This document shows positions 53,751 through 60,029 of a stretch of DNA of 60,029 bases, in pieces. Each line of letters opens with the position of its first letter. Within the stretch, counting starts at the first letter, position 1. The translations under genes and the position numbers were made by a program. The notes under the pieces are model-generated. The model made no database searches. It saw only the letters and a list, made by a program, of their open reading frames with translations, and was not told the origin of the DNA. Source of the stretch: Candidatus Uhrbacteria bacterium CG_4_10_14_3_um_filter_41_21 (lineage in GTDB: Bacteria; Patescibacteriota; Patescibacteriia; UBA9934); the NCBI GenBank assembly GCA_002782865.1, contig PFJC01000022.1, forward strand, positions 1 through 60,029. Reading direction: 5' to 3'.

Positions 53751-54707
53751 ATGATTGATGCCGGCGTGGATGTTTTTCGAGTTGATTGCGGTGATTCAAG
53801 TACTACCGAGATTTCCCAAGCCCTGCAGAGCACCCGTCGTCACATCAATGAGTCCGGAAAAAAGGTTCGATTACTGGCTGACTTACCGGAAACAAAAATT
53901 CGATTAGGCGAATTTCCTCAAAAACGCGTCCAGGTCCACCCAGAAAAAGAATTTAGATTTCTATTTGGCCCAATGTCGAGCGATCCGGAGGCTTATATTC
54001 CTTTTAAATTTGAAGGATTGGGTGGCAAGCTAAAAGTTGGCGACCTCTTTTACACCGGCGATGGAATCCTACAGTTTGAAGTCACAACAATTCATAGCGC
54101 TAACGAGTTTATTGCTCGCGTAAAAAACGCCGGCGACTTAATCCGGCACACATCGGTAACAATCCCACGCTTAACCGACATGCTAGACCACATTGTGCCC
54201 GAGATTGATGAAATCCTCGCCGAACTTCCAAAAAGTAAGCCGGATATGGTGGCTTTTTCTTTTGTTAAATCTCGACAAATGCTGGAGACCCTAATTGCCA
54301 AGCTCGAGCGTCAGCTGACGCCCGATTGGCGACCGCTAGTTATTGCCAAAATCGAATCTCAAGAAGGAGTTGATAATATTGATGAGATTTTAAATATCTG
54401 TCACGGCATTATGGTGGCTCGGGGTGACTTAGCGCTGTCGGTTCCGTTTGAAAAATTGGGGCTCATTCAAAAAAAATTGGTTGCCAAGGCGCGCGCCCGC
54501 TATAAATATTCGATTGTCGCCACCGATATGCTCGGGTCCTTGCTGGATAATTACATTCCGGCTCGTTCTGATATTTTAGATGTGACAAACGCCTGTCTGG
54601 ACGGCGCTTCAGCCATTATGCTTTGTCCGGAAACCGCTCACAGCGAGACCCCGGAAAGGGCAATCCAAGTGGCGCGTGCTATTATTGGGGAAGTGGAGAA
54701 TTCATAA
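53751..54707 (+). CDS. pyk: Pyruvate kinase-like protein (TIM-barrel core only, no C-terminal domain); true start probably upstream at a non-canonical codon
   Basis: Contains KIESQEGVDNIDEI, MVARGDLA and PARSDILDVTNA. The in-frame upstream stretch CRPIDIIATIWEDP resembles the conserved first PK strand but has no ATG, GTG or TTG. Confidence 0.6.
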   Translation: MIDAGVDVFRVDCGDSSTTEISQALQSTRRHINESGKKVRLLADLPETKIRLGEFPQKRVQVHPEKEFRFLFGPMSSDPEAYIPFKFEGLGGKLKVGDLFYTGDGILQFEVTTIHSANEFIARVKNAGDLIRHTSVTIPRLTDMLDHIVPEIDEILAELPKSKPDMVAFSFVKSRQMLETLIAKLERQLTPDWRPLVIAKIESQEGVDNIDEILNICHGIMVARGDLALSVPFEKLGLIQKKLVAKARARYKYSIVATDMLGSLLDNYIPARSDILDVTNACLDGASAIMLCPETAHSETPERAIQVARAIIGEVENS

Positions 54708-54708
54708 T

Positions 54709-54966
54709 ATGATACTAACCGTCAAAGTCCGACCAAATTCAAGGCAAACAAAAATATCCGGCTGGATTGATGCCGGAACGGTTGTAATTGATATCAAATC
54801 TCCGCCAATTGATGGCAAAGCCAACATCGAACTTATTAATTTTTTAGCAAAAGAGCTGGGAATCGCCAAATCTCTTGTTACAATAAAACGCGGGCAGGGA
54901 AGTAAAGTAAAGCACATCGAGCTTCCGGCCGGAACTGATTTAAGGCCTATCAACCCCGCCGTCTGA
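54709..54966 (+). CDS. DUF167 (YggU-like) protein
   Basis: Contains VKVRPNSRQ..I.......IDIKSPPIDGKANIELINFLAKELG. Start set at the ATG at 54709. Confidence 0.8.
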   Translation: MILTVKVRPNSRQTKISGWIDAGTVVIDIKSPPIDGKANIELINFLAKELGIAKSLVTIKRGQGSKVKHIELPAGTDLRPINPAV

Positions 54967-55191
54967 CCAAGGGTTGCACTTCAAAATCCGACGCAAACCA
55001 TTATAATATCCTTTGATAATACCATATTTGAGTACAGATTGACGCGTATACTCCGAACAAGTCGGGTAATACCTGCAAGCGCCGTGCGGGTAAAAAACCC
55101 TCATAATCCCATGGTCGGGCGAGAGGGTTTTTTGGTAAATCAATATTGGAATTGTGGCTAGGGTCCGAAATATTTTCTTCATAATAATCAA
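54940..55191 (-). CDS. yidD: Membrane protein insertion efficiency factor YidD
   Basis: Contains CRYYPTCSEY. Confidence 0.9.
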   Translation of the reverse strand: MIIMKKIFRTLATIPILIYQKTLSPDHGIMRVFYPHGACRYYPTCSEYTRQSVLKYGIIKGYYNGLRRILKCNPWSDGGVDRP

Positions 55192-55194
55192 GGC

Positions 55195-55542
55195 TTAGCC
55201 TTTGTATATTAGACCGGCCTTTTTCAAAACCTTCATCAGTCTCTCTTCTTTTTCTTGATAATCAATCGCTAAAGCTTGTTTTGAGGTCAAAAAAACCACA
55301 TCATAGCCTTTTTTCATCTTACCTAAGTGCAAGCGAATAATCTCGCGATACTGACGCCTGATACGGTTTCTGTCTACCGCCTTTTTACTTACTTTCAAAC
55401 CAACTACAACTGTAAACCTGGACTCAGCCAATCCATTTTGCAAATATTTAAGTCCACAATGAGAATCAAACACGCTCCGACCACTTTTGACTACCCGTTT
55501 TATGTCTTCGTCTTTTTTTAGTCTGTTTTTTTGTTTGAACAT
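55195..55542 (-). CDS. rnpA: Ribonuclease P protein component
   Basis: Basic 115-aa protein in the conserved rpmH-rnpA-yidD order. Confidence 0.85.
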   Translation of the reverse strand: MFKQKNRLKKDEDIKRVVKSGRSVFDSHCGLKYLQNGLAESRFTVVVGLKVSKKAVDRNRIRRQYREIIRLHLGKMKKGYDVVFLTSKQALAIDYQEKEERLMKVLKKAGLIYKG

Positions 55543-55586
55543 GTTTTCATTATATACGAAAAACGAGGATTTTACTCCTCGTTTTT

Positions 55587-55739
55587 CTACCTTGGGCGGG
55601 CCGCAACCGTTAAGCGCTTGCGTCCTTTTGCCCGACGTCGCTTGAGCACAGCTCTACCGGTTGGAGAACTCATTCTTGACCGGAACCCGTGCACTCGTGC
55701 CCTGCGCCGTTTCTTCGGTTGATATGTTCTTTTTGGCAT
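55587..55739 (-). CDS. rpmH: 50S ribosomal protein L34
   Basis: Not in the ORF track (50 aa). Reverse-strand translation gives [50 protein letters not shown]. Confidence 0.95.
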   Translation of the reverse strand: MPKRTYQPKKRRRARVHGFRSRMSSPTGRAVLKRRRAKGRKRLTVAARPR

Positions 55740-55937
55740 ACCAGGGCTGTTTAGTTAATAACAGTGGCGTTAGGATAACATCAAGCCTAATTTTAGTCAA
55801 GAATCTGCCATCCAAATTTTTACCTCCAACTTCCAACCCTTTTTCCACAGTTCGTACACAGAAATCGAACAGCTTATAAACTTGTTATCTGTGGACAAGT
55901 GTTATACCATACACACACTTCCTAACCTCGATTGTCT
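55740..55937. promoter_or_regulatory. rpmH | dnaA divergent intergenic region with weak DnaA boxes (oriC/dnaA-promoter candidate)
   Basis: TTTTCCACA (55841-55849) and TGTGGACAA (55890-55898) are both one mismatch from the consensus. A heptad-family word lies at 55821-55839. Confidence 0.45.
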
Positions 55938-57335
55938 ATGAACACTCACGAATTATGGCAAGCCGCTTTGGGTGAGCTTGAGCTAAAGCTTAGTAAGGCC
56001 CATTTCACTACTTGGTTTCGCAGCACCTTTATTGTGGACTACACAAATAATGAAATAACGGTTGGTGTGCCAAATACATTCACAAAGGCTTGGTTGGAAA
56101 AAAAATATCATAAGGACATACTGAGTGCTATTCAAAACATCATAGACAGGCCCGTTAAGGCATTAACTTATCGAGTTGAAACAAGAGCTACCTCACCTCA
56201 GCCAATAGTTTTAGAGGTGACCGAGGAAAAAGCTTCAGAAGAACCAGAAAATACTGGTTATGAAAACTTTGGATTCACAACCCAACCTCAAAACCAGGTC
56301 ACAGGAAATAATTATGCCTTAAATAGTGGTTATACTTTTGATACTTTCGTAGTTGGTAAACAAAATGAACTTGCATACGCTGCGGCTCAGGCCGTTGCCT
56401 CACACCCCGGGGGAACATATAACCCGGTTTTTATTTATGGAGATGTTGGGCTAGGAAAAACCCACCTTTTGCACGCAATCGGCAATGAAATCCAAAAAAG
56501 AAACCCAAATGCTAAAATTTTATACGCCAGCTGTGAACACTTTACCAATGATTATATAAACGCGGTTCGAAGCGGAAAAGCCAAGGAATTTAAAGACAGA
56601 TATAGAACAGTTGACTTGCTACTTATCGACGATATTCAATTTATAACCGGCAAGGAAGGTACCCAGGAAGAATTTTTTCATACCTTCAACACTCTGCACG
56701 GAATTAACAAACAAATAGTTATTTCCTCAGACCGGGCACCAAAAGAAATAGCCGCCCTTGAAAAACGCCTTCTTTCTCGTCTTGAATGGGGAATGTTAGT
56801 TGATGTTGGCGCTCCGGATCTAGAAACACGGGTCGCAATCCTACAAATCAAGTGTCAAAAAAGACAAACGGAGCTTGATAGAGATATTTTGCATCATATT
56901 GCTTCAAATATTCAATCAAATGTTCGCGAACTGGAAGGCGCTCTTAATAAAATCATTGCTTACCACCAATTTAAAAACATTCAACCAACGCTTGAAACCG
57001 TAATCCCAATTATTGAAAGTTTTGGTGTTGGTTCAATCAAAAAAACAGTGTCTCCAAAACATATCATCCAAACCGTAGCGGAATACTTTGATATCGACAT
57101 TGGGGATGTCCTTGGAAAAAGCAGAGAAAAACGCCTGGCCTTCCCAAGACAGATAATAATGTATCTGCTCCGCGAAGAAATGAACATTTCCTATCCATCA
57201 ATCGGCGCCGAGCTTGGCGGCCGTGATCACACCACTGCCATGCACGCCTATTCCAAAATTGTCAGGGTTATAAAAGAGGACGACCAGTTAAAAAGAGACA
57301 TGGAGCTTATCAAGCAAAAAATGTATTCGGGCTAG
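55938..57335 (+). CDS. dnaA: Chromosomal replication initiator DnaA
   Basis: Contains GDVGLGKTHLLHAIG, LLIDDIQF and the C-terminal DNA-binding helix (DHTTAMHAY). Confidence 0.95.
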   Translation: MNTHELWQAALGELELKLSKAHFTTWFRSTFIVDYTNNEITVGVPNTFTKAWLEKKYHKDILSAIQNIIDRPVKALTYRVETRATSPQPIVLEVTEEKASEEPENTGYENFGFTTQPQNQVTGNNYALNSGYTFDTFVVGKQNELAYAAAQAVASHPGGTYNPVFIYGDVGLGKTHLLHAIGNEIQKRNPNAKILYASCEHFTNDYINAVRSGKAKEFKDRYRTVDLLLIDDIQFITGKEGTQEEFFHTFNTLHGINKQIVISSDRAPKEIAALEKRLLSRLEWGMLVDVGAPDLETRVAILQIKCQKRQTELDRDILHHIASNIQSNVRELEGALNKIIAYHQFKNIQPTLETVIPIIESFGVGSIKKTVSPKHIIQTVAEYFDIDIGDVLGKSREKRLAFPRQIIMYLLREEMNISYPSIGAELGGRDHTTAMHAYSKIVRVIKEDDQLKRDMELIKQKMYSG

Positions 57336-57557
57336 GGACAAGTGTGTTGAAAAGTGTGTGTACCGGTAGTCCATAAGTACACAAAAATTATTCGCGTCTA
57401 TTTCATTAACACTTTAATCACTTCAAATAGCCCGGCAAGTACACAAGAGCTCGGCGATTAAACTGGCTAACATAAAAGAAAAAAGAAACTTATTCAATCA
57501 ATCCACACCCTTATTATTACTACTGTATTTATATATTAATTTACTAATAAAAAAGAC
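57336..57557. promoter_or_regulatory. dnaA-dnaN intergenic region, AT-rich (possible unwinding element)
   Basis: GGACAAGTGT lies at 57336-57345 (third copy of this 10-mer). A very AT-rich tract spans 57505-57555. No perfect DnaA box is present. Confidence 0.35.
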
Positions 57558-58697
57558 ATGAAACTTTCCTGTACAAAAGAGAACCTTAATCAGGGTCTTG
57601 CCATAACAAGTCACGTTAGTGCAAGAAATGTTAATTTACCTATTTTGAATAACGTTCTTCTTCGTGCTGACGCAGGGGGGTTAAAATTGATTTCTACTAA
57701 TTTAGAAATTGCTATTACTTGCACCGTTCGAGGCAAACTCGAACAGCAAGGAGAATATACAGTTCCATCAAAACTCTTTTACGATTTTGTGAACTTACTT
57801 CCAAACGAAAGAGTTGATATCGATCTTCACGATGATGGACTTTCGGTAAAGTGCGGTTCGGCTAAAACCAAAATAAAGGGGATATCTCCTTCAGAGTTTC
57901 CGCTAGTTCCACCGGTTGTAGGAAAACTAAAATACATTGTTCCGGTTCATTTGTTGCGCGGAGCCCTGTCGCGAGTTTTATTTGCAACAGCTACAAATGA
58001 GTCCAGACCAGAACTTACCGGAGTGATTTTCTCGTTTAACGGTGGTGGTGAAGACAAGGGATTGATTTTGGCAGCAACAGACAGCTACCGACTAGCAGAG
58101 GTGTATGAAAAAATTTCAGTCGAAGGAACTGAACAGAAAGTGATCATCCCACAAAGAACACTCACAGAGCTTAGTCGTATGTTTGGGGTGTTTAAGGACG
58201 ATGTTGAGGCTCCAAAGGATGTTATAATCGAGCTAGCGGACAATCAGGTGGTGTTTAGGTACGGTTCGGTAGAGTTGATATCGCGAACAATCGAAGGAAA
58301 CTATCCGGATTATCGTCAGATTATTCCAAACACCTCAAAGACAGAGATCATTATTGAAAGGACGGTTCTTTCTCAAGCTATCAAAAGCGCCAGCCTGTTC
58401 TCGAAGCTAGGCTTATTCGATATTGATGTTAAAATTAATCCAACGGATAAAACGATCGAGCTTTCTGCTGCCGATTCTGGTCGGGGCGAGAATAAGATAA
58501 CTCTCGAAGCCGAGGTCTCTGGAGATGAAAACGAAATAATCATGAATTATCGGTATTTGCTTGATGGTCTAAACGCAATGCCAACGGAAAAAGTTAAAAT
58601 AAAAATTATCGATGCCGCCAGTCCGTGCGTGATTGTACCGGCAGAGGAAATGCCAAATGAAAAATACCAGTATATTGTGATGCCAATTCGACAGTAG
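57558..58697 (+). CDS. dnaN: DNA polymerase III beta sliding clamp
   Basis: 379 aa with three-domain clamp organisation, downstream of dnaA. Confidence 0.9.
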   Translation: MKLSCTKENLNQGLAITSHVSARNVNLPILNNVLLRADAGGLKLISTNLEIAITCTVRGKLEQQGEYTVPSKLFYDFVNLLPNERVDIDLHDDGLSVKCGSAKTKIKGISPSEFPLVPPVVGKLKYIVPVHLLRGALSRVLFATATNESRPELTGVIFSFNGGGEDKGLILAATDSYRLAEVYEKISVEGTEQKVIIPQRTLTELSRMFGVFKDDVEAPKDVIIELADNQVVFRYGSVELISRTIEGNYPDYRQIIPNTSKTEIIIERTVLSQAIKSASLFSKLGLFDIDVKINPTDKTIELSAADSGRGENKITLEAEVSGDENEIIMNYRYLLDGLNAMPTEKVKIKIIDAASPCVIVPAEEMPNEKYQYIVMPIRQ

Positions 58698-58723
58698 GGG
58701 CGAGGCGTCGCCTCGCCCATTTG
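58697..58723 (+). terminator. GC-rich hairpin after dnaN
   Basis: GGGCGAGGC-GTC-GCCTCGCCC hairpin followed by ATTTG. A second hairpin AAGGGCGGGG-TTT-CCCCGCCCTT follows. Confidence 0.5.
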
Positions 58724-58788
58724 AACATATGGTAAGGGCGGGGTTTCCCCGCCCTTTGATGTAGGGCGTATGGCATATCGATTTGACG

Positions 58789-58844
58789 CGCCCAGGTTAC
58801 CGCCGAGGCCCCGCCTAATTTTTGGGTCGGCAGTAACCTGGGCG
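58789..58844. repeat. GC-rich palindromic element, copy B
   Basis: CGCCCAGGTTACCGCCGA .. TCGGCAGTAACCTGGGCG (17/18 complementary). The arms are homologous to copy A at 50315-50375. Confidence 0.8.
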
Positions 58845-58913
58845 TGATTGATGCACAGAACCCGCCCCAGCATAGCCCGGGGCGGGTTTAGATTTGCGTA
58901 GATGACGAAGAGT

Positions 58914-59906
58914 CTACGTGCTCTTGCGGCCGGCAGCCCTTTCCTTGCACTTGCGGCAGGGCTTCTGGGTCGCGGCGCACTTCTTGCACCGCCCGGATGG
59001 GATCTTCAGCCCGGCCGGAGCCTTCGGTCGGGGCTCGCGGAACTTCTTGCCGACGCACCCGCGCTTGCGCTCACCGACGCCGTTCGCGATGAGCACGAAG
59101 GACATCTGGGCGCGGACGGGGTCGTAGGGCCTGCCGGCACCGTGTCCGACGACCTTCGTGGTGGGCATAGGGAGGATGTTGTCGAGGCGACCACTGCCGA
59201 TCGGCTGGCCGAGGAGCCGGCTCATCTCCTCGGCACCACTGCCGGGGAGAAGTTCGATCGTGCCGTCCTGCAGGAGCCGGACGGCACACGGCGCGCAGAT
59301 GAGCACCAGCGAGCGCTTGTTCACTCGCACGGCGCGCATTTCCTCGATGACCGCTTCCCCATTCTGGGAACTGCACAGGGAGGGACAGACCCGGTGCACC
59401 GTGCACTCGGTCAGGATGGTGCCGTGGTTCGGCTTCTTGCGAGAGAATTCCTCGGGCAGCACCCGCCCGCGCTGGACGATGCGGTCGATGATCGTCGTGG
59501 GCGTCGGCATCATCTGGACCGGCAGAAAGGCCGGCTCGAGCCCGCCCTCAACCAGGATCATGCCCGGGTTTTCGCTTCGGGGGTTGATGCCGGGCATCTT
59601 CTTTTCAGCGCAGGCATCGCAGACCCGCGCCTTTGGGTTGGGGCTGAAAAGCCCGTCTTTGATCCTCCCGCCGGAGAGGTACTCAACCTTCGCGCCCAGC
59701 GCGAAGGGGTTGATTCGACCGCCCAGGTGGTCAGGAACGAGCGCCTTGCAGAATGCGCAAGGCTCGGCACTCTTGCTCCAGGCGCGCCCGGTCTTGCACT
59801 CCCGGCCGTGCTTGATCCGCTCGCCCTCGTGGAGGGCGTTTTGGCAAGGCGAGCCGCTCTCGCCATTGCAGATACAGTAATCGGTTGTCTTCTCGGTGTT
59901 TCCCAC
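58914..59906 (-). CDS. GC-rich cassette 8: Cys-rich (multi-CxxC) basic protein, 330 aa, unknown function
   Basis: GTG start with a GAGGTG 4 nt upstream. The reverse frame has pronounced G/C third positions. Contains CICN..C, CAFC, CDAC, CAPC and a CKKC..CRKC tail. The equally long forward ORF 58902-59984 is an Ala/Arg/Leu/Gly-rich shadow. Confidence 0.6.
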   Translation of the reverse strand: MGNTEKTTDYCICNGESGSPCQNALHEGERIKHGRECKTGRAWSKSAEPCAFCKALVPDHLGGRINPFALGAKVEYLSGGRIKDGLFSPNPKARVCDACAEKKMPGINPRSENPGMILVEGGLEPAFLPVQMMPTPTTIIDRIVQRGRVLPEEFSRKKPNHGTILTECTVHRVCPSLCSSQNGEAVIEEMRAVRVNKRSLVLICAPCAVRLLQDGTIELLPGSGAEEMSRLLGQPIGSGRLDNILPMPTTKVVGHGAGRPYDPVRAQMSFVLIANGVGERKRGCVGKKFREPRPKAPAGLKIPSGRCKKCAATQKPCRKCKERAAGRKST

Positions 59907-59973
59907 GGGGCACCTCGGATATACTATTTATTGTCCGTATTTGCTCTCAAGCCGATGGGAGCGGGACGAGCCA

Positions 59974-60002
59974 AATTATTATAAAATCAGCATTTTGTCA
60001 AG
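59974..60002 (-). promoter_or_regulatory. Sigma70-type promoter of cassette 8
   Basis: Reverse strand has TTGACA, a 17-nt spacer and ATAATT. Confidence 0.5.
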
Positions 60003-60029
60003 CCGCTATGGAAGACCCCAATGCCAAGC

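Noticed and set aside
58902-59984. 360-aa forward-strand ORF, the longest ORF in the last 1.1 kb
   Set aside because: Its Ala/Arg/Leu/Gly-dominated composition is typical of an antisense shadow in GC-rich DNA. It has no RBS or promoter context. The opposite frame shows clear G/C third-position bias and has an RBS, a promoter and a terminator.

Overview
AT-rich (about 37% GC on sampled 60-nt lines), compact bacterial chromosome segment dominated by housekeeping genes. These include a yidD-rnpA-rpmH | dnaA-dnaN origin-type junction, polA, holA, rnhB, pnp, rpsO/rpsF/rpsR/rpsT, ssb, efp-epmA, ychF, tig, nfo, hppA, lspA, comM, a Xer-type recombinase and four tRNAs with encoded CCA. Native genes lack Shine-Dalgarno sequences and are often leaderless-like. 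Together with giant secreted surface proteins, a LysM-M23 peptidase and an H+-PPase, this looks like a Patescibacteria/CPR-like small-genome bacterium, which is inference only. Three accessory layers stand out. (1) At 1-3.9 kb, a type III R-M system (mod plus a res gene missing from the ORF track) sits next to a MazG / PUA-like / DUF91-nuclease operon that is split by a 1-nt frame change. (2) At 13.4-24.0 kb, a five-gene reverse-strand operon encodes secreted or membrane proteins, including a 1287-aa tail-fibre-like protein and a Wzy_C/TPR membrane protein. (3) Most unusual are nine GC-rich (about 65% on a sampled line) one- or two-gene cassettes wedged between housekeeping genes. Most of them carry their own TTGACA-N17 promoter (seven cassettes), a strong GGAG(G) ribosome-binding site and a GC-rich hairpin terminator. 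Two cassettes are bracketed by perfect 18-bp and 27-bp direct repeats; the 18-bp repeat regenerates the overlapping 3' ends of two convergent host genes. The window also contains an unclassified ~380-nt promoter-to-terminator non-coding unit, a cluster of three perfect DnaA boxes 12 kb from dnaA, a structured attenuator-like leader before polA, and several dispersed short-repeat families, some embedded in frame in polA and rnhB. All functional calls rest on motif recognition by eye; no searches were run.
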